From Somniosus microcephalus (Eukaryota), in contig CM126226.1 of NCBI GenBank assembly GCA_052327205.1, positions 37,572,001-37,636,000 of the forward strand: 64,000 bases of DNA, in the 5' to 3' direction. Positions within the stretch are counted from its first letter, which is position 1, and each line of letters starts with the position of its first letter. This document shows positions 48,696 to 61,425 of the stretch, piece by piece. Below the pieces are notes generated by a model. The model did no database searches. It was not told where the DNA came from and was given only the letters and a program-made list of their open reading frames with translations. The translations under genes were made by a program, and so were the position numbers.

Positions 48696-50253
48696 CAAAT
48701 ATGAAAATAAAATCACCCGAAGTCCTCATATCTACACCTCAGTATCCCTGGGCTAGGGAGAGAAGAATGAAAGAAAAGTTTAATCTATGTAACATTTATC
48801 CTGTCTCCCAGAAACATCTCAGAGCTTCACATATAATGGATTACTTTGAATTGCAATGACTGTTGATTGCAACTAGGGAAAAATCAGACTTTAATTCACA
48901 AATAATTGATCATTTAAAAAAAATATGGAAAAGCAAAATAGACTTGCCTTCTCCTTTCAGAAGCCTGGCTAGACTGTATTTGTAGTCAGGCTCTAGTGGT
49001 GAAGGGACAGAGTTCTTGACAACTGAGGCACCGAGTCTTACGCAAACAAACACAATTGTAATTTTCCCCTAATTATATTATAATCTCTTCTGTCAATTGC
49101 TCTGCCTGCCCAATTGCACTAGTATGGACTATCACTGGAAGATATGTAGTGTCTGCCTTTTGCCTTGAGCACACTGATCTCTGCTACTGCAGGCACCCTT
49201 TCCGTTCTTTAAACTGTCCAAGCTGAAACCGATTGTCCAAACGACAGGCTACCAAACTCTCAAATCCTATTCACACTCGTAGGAATAACTTTAGAGAGTG
49301 CCTGATATGTTGCATCAACACAGACCACTCATCTGAACTCAGAGAGGCAGTCTTGTCCTGTTGTGCGACTGAATAGCAGCCTCTGTGCGTGTAATATAGA
49401 CGTACTGAGGGTGAAGACACTTACAACCAGGCACTCAAAGTGATGCGAGGTGAGCCCACAGTGAGGTGTGTCCTCTTGCTCCACACTTAAGATGATGCTT
49501 CAGTTTGACAGATTTGTAAGATGAACAACACAAGCACTGAAAGTATACAAATTCCAGAAGAAGTCTTCCTTCATTTTTTTTTTGTACGGTAGCATGCATT
49601 CTCTCGCACTCCTCCTCCCTCCCCCTCCCCCTCCCCGCTGCCATCTGTAGTTGAGAGTGTGTTGGTAAAGGGGAGGGAGAGAAGTCTTATTCCTAAGACT
49701 TCCCCACTGACACTCTGGAGGGGCACAACAGCAATTTGGGGGCAGCTCTTAATCACATTTTTCCATCTGTCCTTGTGGAAAGGCATTTGGATTTTACTTG
49801 GTGCCTGACCATAGTGACAAAAGATTAGGAACTGGATAGGTGGGGGGCATTGGCTCTCCATGCCACACTAAGTACCATGCTGTCTCACTATTACCCCATT
49901 CCCCCATCTCTATTTTCCAAAGTAGTTCTTAGTAACGAAGATGAAGAAAAGCAACTGCCCCAAATGAAACCTCACTTCTGATATTTTATATGGAGAATGC
50001 AACATTGTTTATGCGTTAAAGAACAGTGTTGCAGTGCACGTATAATTCTCCAGCAAAACAGAAGGAACCACTCCACCCCATCCCCAGTAGATAAAGGGAC
50101 TGAGAATCCCCAAATTTTTGTCTTAGCTGTATGGTACAGTAATACCCTAGGCTCAGGGATGAAGACAAGTACATCAGTAACAAAAGTCACAATGTCATTT
50201 TATTCACCCATGAAGGGTTTTGTCCCATGAAAATTCTGAAACAGATTAAAGTT

Positions 50254-50842
50254 GCCTCTACACTGTCCCATCAAACACTCCCAGGGCAGGTACAGCACGG
50301 GTTAGATACAGAGTAAAGCTCCCTCTACACTGTCCCATCAAACACTTCCAGGGCAGGTACAGCACGGGTTAGATACAGAGTAAAACTCCCTCTACACTGT
50401 CCCATCAAACACTCCCAGGGCAGGTACAGCACGGGTTAGATACAGAGTAAAGCTCCCTCTACACTGTCCCATCAAACACTCCCAGGGCAGGTACAGCACG
50501 GGTTAGATACAGAGTAAAGCTCCCTCTACACTGTCCCATCAAACACTCCCAGGGCAGGTACAGCACGGGTTAGATACAGAGTAAAACTCCCTCTACACTG
50601 TCCCATCAAACACTCCCAGGGCAGGTACAGCACGGGTTAGATACAGAGTAAAGCTCTCTCTACACTGTCCCATCAAACACTCCCAGGGCAGGTACAGCAC
50701 GGGTTAGATACAGAGTAAAGCTCCCTCTACACTGTCCCATCAAACACTCCCAGGGGCAGGTACAGTACGGGTTAGATACAGAGTAAAGCTCCCTCTACAC
50801 TGTCCCATCAAACACTTGCAGGGCAGGTACAGCACAAGTTAG
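50254..50842. repeat. Minisatellite, 67-bp unit CTCCCTCTACACTGTCCCATCAAACACTCCCAGGGCAGGTACAGCACGGGTTAGATACAGAGTAAAG, about 9 copies
   Basis: Nearly identical tandem units. Confidence 0.97.
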
Positions 50843-51213
50843 GTGTAGTGTAAAACTTCCCACATTTTGTTGTAACACTCTGCCTTAGTGGAAACTCAGG
50901 GTAGCACCTGTGTGACATTTTTCCATTTTCCACATCAGACATCTTGTGACTGATGTGTGAGATTGCAAGGCTAGCACCAGGTAACCCTACTTTCCTCTCT
51001 CCGCCTGACCATCTGAGTGCTTCCAATATTTCCTCTTTTTAAAGCAGTTCAGGGCAGTTCGGAAACTCCCACTGTGAACTAGATTGAGACTCATTTCACT
51101 TTGGACCCTTATAGCTAAGAAAGAGCGGAGACTTTCAGCTCATCATGTGGATTCGAAGCCAGGTCCAAGAGGCAAATAACCACTGTCTGACCCAACTGTA
51201 CCATGCAGTCAAT

Positions 51214-51960
51214 GGGCCAGAAATTCAGGTTGTAGGCTACTCGCGGGTGCAAGCCCCCGACCTGCACTTGCCTAGCGCGCCGGCCGTTGTGCTGTGGGCC
51301 CGCGTGGGATTCCAATCCTGGGCCTGCTCCAACTGCCCAGTGCTTGCATATTCCAGGGGTGCAGTTAGTTCGAAGCGTCCCCTGGGATCACGTGTTCTAT
51401 GGAGAACCAATCGTAGCAGGGAACCTCTATTCATAGATTTGACAGGAAGAGCTGTCAAATTTATGAATCGAGTTCGGCCCCAAAACATAACTAAAACTTC
51501 AAATAAATTTTTAAAAATCACATTTTTAAAATAACTATAAATTACATAAAATAACTATTTTAAACAATAATTTAAATTTTTGAAAAAGTTAATTACAGTT
51601 TTTAACGGGACTAAAAATAAACTTACCTTTAAATTATTTAAAAATAATAAACCTGTGGAAAAAATGTTTTAATTTTACTTAATTCACCATTTACCTTGTT
51701 AAAAGCAGGTCTTGCGACTGCTTTTTAAACGCGCAGCTGCTGGAGACTTACCCTCCCGGAGAAACCTGTAAAAAAACCAGAAGTTCCAGGCGTACACGCT
51801 GCCTCTCCGGTGCACGCGTTCGACCTGTGAACCCCTTGAAGGGAACGGAAGTTCCGGTTTCCCACGCATGCGCAGTGCATGCACGAAACCGGCACTTTCG
51901 TTGGCCCTATGCGTGAGTACCCAGCGTGTACTCGCCCGTGGGGACCCGAATTTCTGGCCC
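51214..51960. mobile_element. Non-autonomous PIF/Harbinger element, 747 bp
   Basis: TIRs GGGCCAGAAATTCAGGT / ACCCGAATTTCTGGCCC (17 bp, 1 mismatch) and a 3-bp TSD AAT on both sides. GC-rich arms with an AT-rich centre. Confidence 0.88.
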
Positions 51961-53834
51961 AATGTTTCCCTTTAGCTGCGCAGCCACCCAGCGCTCTGGA
52001 GGTCTCGTGCAGCCGGCTCGCAAATGGAAAAACTGTGCATGCGCAGAATTTTGAATGGGCCGTGAAGCCCATTAAAGGTCCCCCAAAAAATTCAAGGGAA
52101 CATTGCATGCAGTTACCCTGGATCTCAGTAAGATCATCACTGGTGGGGGTACCATATGTGCTCAGGTGCTTCTTCACAGCTGGGCTTTGGCGGAGATTTG
52201 AGAGCAGGCCTGTTGCACCCTCTTAATCATGCCTGGCCTGTGACGTGGGAAAAATCAGATGGTGTATGTGGCATAAAATAACTTAAAACTTGCAGGATTT
52301 TTGCCTCTCGGTTCTTTCCCCATCCCGTGCTCAGGACGCCTTTGCTGTTTTAGCTACAAAATGGAACCCTTGATCAGAAACTATTTTGGGAGCTGAAGTT
52401 GCAATTGAAGTTGACAAAGTTTGCAGGTGCAAAGAGTAAAGCAAAAGTCACATCTTTTAAAGGCTTTGAAGTTGATCAAATTAACCTTGGAGTCGTCTGG
52501 AGAAGATTGGCATCAAGACCTGAGTAAAGGGGAAGAGTGTTGAATCTCAGCCCTACTACATTACCTCTACAGAGATATCAACAGAGCTTGGTCCAAGGCC
52601 AGTGTTGGAAGTGATGGATCAGTCAGCCCGCGGCTTGTAATATTAATTATTTTCCAATGGTATATTGTACTATTGGCCAATCGATCTCAATAAGTCTTTT
52701 CACTGTGCCCCTTCAAACATTTGTAAGATATGCTCCCGTACGAAGGGTAAAGCTTTGACCTCTGTTATATTTGCCAGATCTGGATTTGTTAATCTGTAAA
52801 GAGATTTTAAAAAATCCAGGAGCACAGAGTAGAGACAGATTCAGCAACATTGAAATACCCACAGGACATTAAACTCCCGTCTTAAAACTAGGAGTATCGG
52901 AGTCGAGATATTTTTACTAGTCATTTGGGAGTAATATAATTGCAGTTTGTGGCTGTAGCAGATGCTGAAGACAGCTGGTAGAAGAGAGATTGCCCATTTT
53001 TCTCATCATTGAAAGAGTACAGATAAACCCATACACTGAAACCTCGTAAAACTCTTATTAGGTTTGGCTGAAGGAGCGAAGGTGTGTGAGTGTGAGTGCA
53101 TGTCTGCACACCAAGTATCCGGCTGCTTTTAAGCTGGACAGCAATGATAGACGTTTCATTATAAACCAGGGTGCTGCAGTTTGCTGTGACCAGAGTGCTG
53201 AAGTTGAGGGGAATGCCCACTAGGGAGTATAACTCTCGTACATCATATTGTTAGACATGAGTATAAATGTATTCAAGTGAACACTCCTGTACGTGGAACG
53301 CAAATAATGAATGAGATCTATTAATATCCCGATGTACTATGCCGTGTATGTGAATGATGAAAGATGACAGGCTACAGGACAGAAATGATTTACTGGGAGC
53401 TGCAAAAAGGTGTTGCCAGCCCCCTGCCCCAGCTCCAATTTCGTTCTCACCTTCTCTCTCGAAGGTGCTGACTTATGCTTTGTCCGGTTTCAAAGCTGCT
53501 TTCAAGTGGCCCGTTCTTCATGTTTCAAGCTGGACAGAGAATGTTAACAGGTCGATGAATCGATCGACCATGGGAGCATCACAGCCCCAGCCTGATCCTG
53601 CCCTCAGTTAACACCCACTTACCAGCAGGGGTCACTGAGTGTCCGTCAGGAGGAGCTACACTGGCTGATTGGTATCCCATTCCCTCGCCAATTGTGGCTC
53701 CTCCCACCTCAGCTGAGACTAACTAACTCGAAATGGACAATACCTGGGACATTCCTGGGAGCTAGCTGGCCTTTTCCAGCAGAGCCATGCAAATCGGGAA
53801 AGGATTTTTATTCATTTCTGCTTGAGTGTGTACT

Positions 53835-54335
53835 ATCTCCAAGATGCACTGCAGCAACTCGCCAAGGCTTCTTCGGCAGCACCTCCCAAACCCGCGACCT
53901 CTTCCACCTAGAAGGACAAGGGCAGCAGGCGCATGGGAACACCACCACCTCCAAGTCACACACCATCCTGACTTAGAAGTATATCGCTGATCCTTCATCG
54001 TCGGTGGGTCAAAATCCTGGAACTCCCTACCTAACAGCACTGTGGGAGTACCATCATCACACAGACTGTAGCGGTTCAAGAAGGCGGCTCACCACCACCT
54101 TCTCGAGGGCAACTAGGGATGGGCAATAAATGCTGGCCTTGCCAGCGATGCCCACATCCCATAAACTAATTTTAAAAAACATGGTTGACTCTTAGCTGCC
54201 CTGTGAAGTGGCCATTCAGTTGTCTCAAAACCTGTTATTGTAACGGTTCAAGAAGAAGGCCCAACACCACCTTCTCAGGGCAACTAAGGATGGGCAGTAA
54301 ATGGCCGCCTTGCCAGCGATGCCCACATCCTGAGA
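53835..54335 (+). mobile_element. 3' end of the second CR1-group family, with its terminal ~100 bp present twice
   Basis: CGGTTCAAGAAG..CACCACCTTCTC.GGGCAACTA.GGATGGGCA.TAAATG..CCTTGCCAGCGATGCCCACATCC at about 54070 and 54240. Confidence 0.85.
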
Positions 54336-55715
54336 TTGAATTTTTTTTAAATGAAGTCCCGACCTAGGTGCGACCTTGACTCCTTCAGCACTGCCTGAAG
54401 ATCTGTCTTTCAGAATCCCAAGTGTTGGCAAAGCTGGGACTGCGCTTGGCTGTGATGCCCTCCTAGTCAAATAGCCTGCCATCACTCATTGCCTAGGTCC
54501 ACATATAAAGAATGGGCACTTGACTGAGGTACTGTGAGGGAGCCCGGTGCCAATGGATCTGCAGCCAGCAGGAGTCAGTGCCATTGGGAGAGTAAGCGGA
54601 AATATGGCAGTAATATCGACAGATACTGAGCTCTGTTAACATGGTAACTGAAACTGAGAGTGGGCATTAATCGAAGATACAGCTCCGCATTCCACAGGTT
54701 GAACAATTCAATAGTTACATCAGTGTCTAACTACTAATTGTAATAATTAACATCCCATTTTAACATGTATTATGCTGGATCAAGGGATCACAAACGATTT
54801 GAAGCACAAAGTACAGTCAAGTGCTTTAATGAGCTCCCTGTCCCCCTTTTATAGCACGAAATACGCTATAATCATCGTATGGTTGTATTTTCAGAGTTAC
54901 ACAGAGCTTGTGTACTGGGCCTGTTTATTAGGACATTCTATTTTTAAAATTGCTTTATGTTGCTCTCCCGAAGGCACTAAGTCTCGCTGGAGTGCAGGTC
55001 CACGGGCACAAGGCCATTCTTCACATGAGCCTTTGACGTTGAGTGTGAACGCTGCTCAACTGTGGCAGGCATCATAACCGAGCCCGACATTATCCAAGCC
55101 CCATGTCCACAAATGGCCACTTTCTAGCAGGAGGATCACTAGTCAGGGATCAGGAGTGTGAACCCTAGCTAACTATTCCTTTCCATCACCCAAGGGGCAC
55201 TGAGGCCTGTTGTAGAGCCATTCCCATTGAGATAACAAACTCAACACACACCAGGGATTGAGCCTGGGACCTTCTGGTCTGTGTGGGTTTTGCGGCACAG
55301 CGGGTGCGGGTGGCTGTAAATACTGTGATATAATCGCTGTGGGATGGGTGTTGGGTAACTCTATACCAGATTTCAAAAATACCTCCTCCTTCAATTCAGG
55401 TCAAATTGACTGTACCAGCAATAAAAAAATAAACTTTATTTTTAAATGTTATATCCGACTCCCCCCAATGGCTCATCAAGGAACTGCAGTCTCGAGCCGC
55501 GCTCTTAAGCCAGTGAAGCCTGTGTTGTGGGATAGTTGTAGTGCCATTTCCCCAGCGTCCCTGAGCTAAGGGAGGCTGGGTTCCTGCTCCTGATCAGCGC
55601 CTGGTGATCCCCACTAGACAGGACAGGTGATGAAACATAAGGTGAAGGCAGGATTGGCTTGGCTGTTACGCTGCTTCCCTCCCCTGTTGAACTGGCACTC
55701 ATTGCCTGGGCTCAC

Positions 55716-56540
55716 AGAATCATAGAATGATACAGCACAGAAGGAGACCACTCGATCCATCGTGCCTGTGCTGACTCTTTGCTGTAGCTATCCAATCAGT
55801 CCCGCTCCCCTGCTCTTTCCCCATAGCCCTGCAGATTGTTTCCCTTCAAGTATTTATCCAATTCTCTTTGGAAAGTTACTGTTGAATCTGCTTCCACCGC
55901 CCTTTCAGGCAGCGCATTCCCGATCACAACAACTCGCTGCGTAAAAAATGTTTCCTCATCTCGTCTCTGATTCTTTTGCCAATCACCTTAAATCTGTGTC
56001 CTCTGGTTACCGACCCTTCTGCCAGTGGAAACAGTTTCTCTTTATTTACTCTATCAAAACAGTTCATGATTGTGAACACCTCTATTAAATTTCCCCTTAA
56101 TCTTCTCTGCTCTAAGGAGAACAACCCCAGCTTCTCCAGCCTCTCCATATAACTGAAGTCCCCCATCCCTGGTACCATTCCAGTAACTTTCTTCTGCACC
56201 CTCTCTAAGGCCTTGACATTCTTCCTAAAGTGTGGTGCTCAGAATTGGACACAATACTCCAGCTGGGGCTGAACCAGAGTTTTATAAAGGTTCAGCATAA
56301 CTTCCTTGCTTTTGTACTCTATTGCTGTATTAATAAAGCCAAGGATCCCATATACTTTTTTAACAGCCTTTTCAGCTTGTCCTGCCATCTTCAAAGACTT
56401 GTCTTGTGTACGTACACCCCCAGGTCTCTCTCTTCCTGTAGCCCATTTAAAATTATACTATTTAGTACATAATGCCCCTCCTCATTCTTCCAACCAAAAT
56501 GTATCACTTCACACTTGTCTGTGTTAAATTTCATGCAACG
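55716..56540 (-). mobile_element. CR1 LINE 3' fragment
   Basis: QKKVTGMVPGMGDFSYMERLEKLGLFSLEQRRLRG, with an (ATTCTATG)n tail at 55716. Confidence 0.93.
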
Positions 56541-57090
56541 AATGGGCACTTGGATAAAGTGGGCGGCTGAAGAGTTTTGCTGCTGCGTTAGTGGAGGATG
56601 GGTGTAACACGCGCACAGTTACATCCCAGCACAGAGCGATAACGAACCAGTGAAGTAAGAACAAAACACATGAAGGAAATAGGAAAGGAGCAGATTTGCT
56701 CTGTCCTGCCACTCACTCCTGCTGCCACAGGCATCCAACCCATCCAAAACTAATGAAATCCCCGGTGAATTAAATCTTCGCCAGTCTAAGGCAGCTGTAC
56801 ATAAAAGATTCTTCTCTACTCTGCACATCTGTGTGGAACATTACCTACAAATTCCCCTTTCCCTTGAGGGAGCATTAATTTCTAAAAATATATTTCAGGT
56901 TCTTGTTCTTTTACGTTGTTAGCTTCCCCTAAAATCATATTGATTCTGTTCAAGTCCCTGAAGAAGCAGCTCTTCGCTTCCTCAGTAATGATGGGGCTCC
57001 TTGGTGCCGTGTAGCAGTGACACCGAGAAGATCAGAGGTTCCAGTCTTCTCGGCTTACTTAATAAGCATTAGTAATACTACCCGATGGTT

Positions 57091-57425
57091 CAGTGGGCGA
57101 GCGCGCTGCCCAGTGTGGGTGAATGTGCTGCCCAGTGTAGGCAAGCGTGCTCTGCAGTGTGGGTGACGATGTTACCCAGTGTGGGTGAATATGCTGCCGA
57201 ATGTTGGTGATGACGTTGCCCAGTGTGGGCGAGCGCGCTGCCCAGTGTGGGCGAATATGCTGCCCAGTGTGGGTGACAGCGCTGCCCAGTGTGGGCGAAT
57301 ATGCTGCCCAGTGTGGGTGACAGCGCTGCCCAGTGTTGGTGATGACGTTGCCCAGTGTGGGTGAGCGCACTGCCGAGTGTTGGTGATGATGTTGCCCAGT
57401 GTCGGTGAGCGCACTGCCCAGTGTG
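57091..57425. repeat. Minisatellite, about 20-22-bp unit (GCTGCCCAGTGTGGGTGA..)
   Basis: About 16 recurrences of GCCCAGTGTGGG. Confidence 0.9.
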
Positions 57426-57627
57426 GATGGGAGCAATACCGATCGGAAAGGGCCCAGTGTTGATCCTTGGTCAGTGCTGAGTTTTAGCCCATCTAAGTTA
57501 AAGTTGGCGGTAAGAGAGTTGCACTTGGCCTCAGGGTCCGATCACCTTAGCCAGAATGCTTTGTAAAGGGCGTGTTGGCTGAGGGAAAGATGAGACTGCT
57601 TGTGATGTGTTTGTATTTGTGGAAGAA

Positions 57628-60600
57628 AATCACTGTCGCTCTGTCACTCCGGGCTCACTGTCGCTCTGGGCCTTTTGTCGCTCTGGGAGCTGTCACTCCG
57701 GGCTCACTGTCGCTCCCAGCTCTGTGACGCTCCGTGCTCACTGTCGCTCCGGGCTCACTGTCCGTCCATGCTCACTGTCGCTCCGGGCTCTCTGTCGCTC
57801 CGGTCTCGCTGCCGCTCCGGCCTCACACTAGCTCCGGCCGGACTTTCGCTCCGGGCGTTCTGTCGCTCCGGGAGCTGTCACTCCGGGCTAACTGTCGCTC
57901 CCGGCTCTGTGACGCTCCGTGCTCACTGTCGCTCCGGGCTCACTGTCGCTCCGGGCTCTCTGCCACTCCGGGCTCTCTGCCGTTCCGGGCTCTCTGCCGC
58001 TCCGGGCTCGCTGCCGCTCCGGTCTCGCTGTCGCTCCGGGTGTTCTGTCGCTCCGGGCATTCTGTCGCACCGGGTTCTCTGTTGCTCCGGGCTCTCTCTC
58101 GGTCCGGCCTCACACTAGCTCTGGCCTCACTTTCGCTCCGGGCGTTCTGTTGGTCCGGGCGTTCTGTCGCTCCGGGCGTTTTGTCACTCTGGGAGCTGTG
58201 GTTTCGGGCTCACTGTCTCTCCGGGCATTCTGTCGCTCCGGGCTCACTGTCGCTCCGGGCTCACTGTCGCTCCGGGCTCTCTGTCGCACCGGGCTCTCTG
58301 TCGCTCCGGGCTCGCTGTCACTCCGGCCTCACTGTCGCTCCGGGCTCGCTGTCGCTCCGGTCTCTCTGTCGCTCCGGGCTCTCTGTCGCTCCGGGCTCTC
58401 TGTCGCTCCGGGCTCGCTGTCACTCCGGCCTCACTGTCGCTCCGGGCTCGCTGTCGCTCCGGGCTCGCTGTCACTCCGGCCTCACAGTCGCTCCGGGCTC
58501 GCTGTCGCTCCGGTCTCTCTGTCGCTCCGGGCTCACTGTCGCTCCGGGCTCTCTGTCGCTCCGGGCTCGCTGTCACTCCGGCCTCACTGTCGCTCCGGGC
58601 TCTCTGTCGCTCCGGGCTCTCTGTCGCTCCGGTCTCTCTGTCGCTCCGGGCTCGCTGTCGCTCCGGGCTCGCTGTCGCTCCGGGCTCTCTGTCGCTCCGG
58701 GCTCGCTGTCGCTCCGGGCTCTCTGTTGCTCCGGGCTCGCTGTCGCGCTATCCTCGCTGTCGCGCCAGGCTCACTGTCGCGCTGGGTTGTCCGTCGCTCC
58801 GGGTTTGGCGGTCGCTCCTGGCATTCTGTTGCTCCGGGCGTTTTGTCGCTCCGGGAGCTGTCCCTCCGGGGTAACTGTCCCACCAGGCTCATTGTTTCTC
58901 CGGCTTCACTGTCGCTCCGTGCTCACTGTCGCTCCGGTCCCTCTGTCTCTCCGGGCTCTCTATCGCTCCGGGCTCTCTTTCGCTCCGGGCTCTCTATCGC
59001 TCCGGGCGTTTTGTCGCTCCGGGAGCTGTCGCTCCGGGCTCTCTATCGCTCCGGGCCCTCTGTCGCTCCGGTCCCTCTGTCTCTCCGGGCTCTCTATTGC
59101 TCCGGGCTCTCTTTCGCTCCGGGCTCTCTATCGCTCCGGGTGTTTTGTCGCTCCGGGAGCTGTCGCTCCGGGCTCTCTGTCGCTCCGGGCTCTCTTTCGC
59201 TCCGGGCTCTCTGTCGCTCCGGGCCCTCTGTCGCTCCGGGCTCACTGTCGCTCCGGGCTCACTGTCGCTCCGGGCTCTCTGTCGCTCCGGGCTCTCTGTC
59301 GCTCCGGGCTCTCTGTCGCTCCGGGCGTTTTGTCGCTCCGGGAGCTGTCTCTCTGGGCTCACTGTCGCTCCGGGCTCACTGTCGCTCCGGGCTCTCTGTC
59401 GCACCGGGCTCCGGGAGCTGTCCCTCCGGACTGGCTGTCGGTCCCGGCTCACTGTCGCTCCTGGTCCGGACTCACTGTCTCTCCAGGCTCTCTGTCTCTC
59501 CGGGCTCACTGTCTCTCCGGGCTCACTGTCTCTCCGGGCTCACTGTCTCTCCGGGCTCACTGTCGCTCTGGGCGTTTTGTCGCTCCGGTCTCACTATCGC
59601 TCCGGGCTCTTTGTTGCTCCAGATTCACTGTTGCTCCAGGTGTTCCACATCTCTGGGCTCAGCGTCTCTTCGGGCTCTCTGTCTCTCCGGGCTCTCTGTC
59701 GCTCTGGGCTGTCTTTCGCTCCGGGCTCTCTGTTGCTCCGGGCGTTTTGTCACTCCGAGAGCTGTCCCTCCGGGCTCGCTGTCACTCCGGGCTCTCTCTC
59801 GCTCCGGGGGTTTTGTCCCACCGGGCTCACTGTCGCTCCAGACTCTCTCTCGCTCCGGGGGTTTTGTCCCTCCGGGCTCACTGTCGCTCCGGGCGTTCTG
59901 TCGCTCCGGGCTCTGTCGCTCCAGGCTCTGTCACTCCGGGTTCACTGTTGCTACCGGCGTTCCGTCACTCCCGGCTCTCAGTCTCAATGTCTCTCCGGGC
60001 ACGCTGTCTCTCCGGGCTCACTGTCGCTCCGGGCTCACTGTCGCTCCGGGCTCTCTCTCGCTCCGGGCTCACTGTCGCTCCGGGCTCACTGTCGCTCCGG
60101 GCTCACTGTCAGTCCGGGCTCTCTGTCGCTCCGGGCTCTCTGTCGCTCCGGGCTCACTGTCGCTCCGGGCTCACTGTCGCTCCGGGCTCACTGTCGGTCC
60201 GGGCTCTCTGTCGATCCGGGCTCACTGTCGCTCCGGGCTCACTGTCGCTCCGGGCTCACTGTCGCTCCGGGCGTTCTGTCGCTCCGGGCTCACTGTCGCT
60301 CCGGGCTCACTGTCACTCCGGGCTCTCTGTCGCTCCGGGCTCTCTGTCGCTCCGGGCTCACTGTCACTCCGGGCGTTCTGTCGCTCCGGGCTCTGTCACT
60401 CCGGGTTCACTGTCGCTACCGGCGTTCCGTCACTCCCGGCTCTCAGTCTCAATGTCTCTCCGGGCTCACTGTCGCTCCGGGCTCACTGTCGCTCCGGGCT
60501 CTCTGTCGCTCCGGGCTCTCTGTCGCTCCGGGCTCACTGTCGCTCCGGGCTCACTGTCGCTCCGGGCTCTCTCTCGCTCCGGGCTCACTGTCGCTCCGGG

Positions 60601-61425
60601 CTCACTGTCGCTCCGGGCTCTCTGTCGATCCGGGCTCTCTGTCGCTCCGGGCTCACTGTCGCTCCGGGCTCACTGTCGCTCCGGGCTCTCTGTCGCTCCG
60701 GGCTCTCTGTCGCTCCCGGCTCTCTGTCGCTCCGGGCTCACTGTCGATCCGGGCTCACTGTCGCTCCGGGCTCTCTGTCGATCCGGGCTCTCTGTCGCTC
60801 CGGGCTCACTGTCGCTCCGGGCTCACTGTCGCTCCGGGCTCACTGTCGCTCCGGGCTCTCTGTCGATCCGGGCTCTCTGTCGCTCCGGGCTCTCTCTCGC
60901 TCGGGGGGGTTTTGTCCCTCCGGGCTCACTGTCGCTCCGGGCTCTCTGTCGCTCCGGGCTCTCTCTCGCTCCAGGCTCTCTCTCGCTCGGGGGGTTTTGT
61001 CCCTCCGGGCTCACTGTCGCTCCGGGCTCTCTGTCGCTCCGGGCTGGCTCTCTGTCGCTCTGGGCTCTCTGTCGCTCCGGGCTCTCTCTCGCTCCGGGCT
61101 CTCTCTCGCTCGGGGGGTTTTGTCCCTCCGGGCTCACTGTCACTCCGGGCTCTCTGTCGCTCCGGGCTGGCTCTCTGTCGCTCCGGGCTCTCTGTCGCTT
61201 CGGGCTCCGGGAGCTGTCCCTCCGGACTCGCTGTCGGTCCGGGCTCACTGTCGCTCCAGGCTCTCTGTCGCTCCGGGCATTTTGTCGCTCCGGGAGCTGT
61301 CCCTCCGGGCTCACTGTCGCTCCGGGCTCTGTGTTGTTCCGGGCTCTCTGTCGCTCCGGGCATTTTGTCTCTCCGGGCTCACTGTCGCTCCGGGCTCTCT
61401 GTCGCTCTGGGCTCTCTGTCACACT
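57628..61425. repeat. CpG-rich minisatellite, 17-bp unit CCGGGCTC(A/T)CTGTCGCT, about 220 copies
   Basis: Visible tandem units. The 17-aa periodicity (APGSLSLRAHCRSGLTV) in all three plus frames equals 3 x 17 bp. Confidence 0.97.

Noticed and set aside
49425-49536. Minus-strand exon-like segment (TTTCAG..GTAAGT)
   Set aside because: Stop codons in all three frames. At most a non-coding exon, which is unsupported without transcripts.
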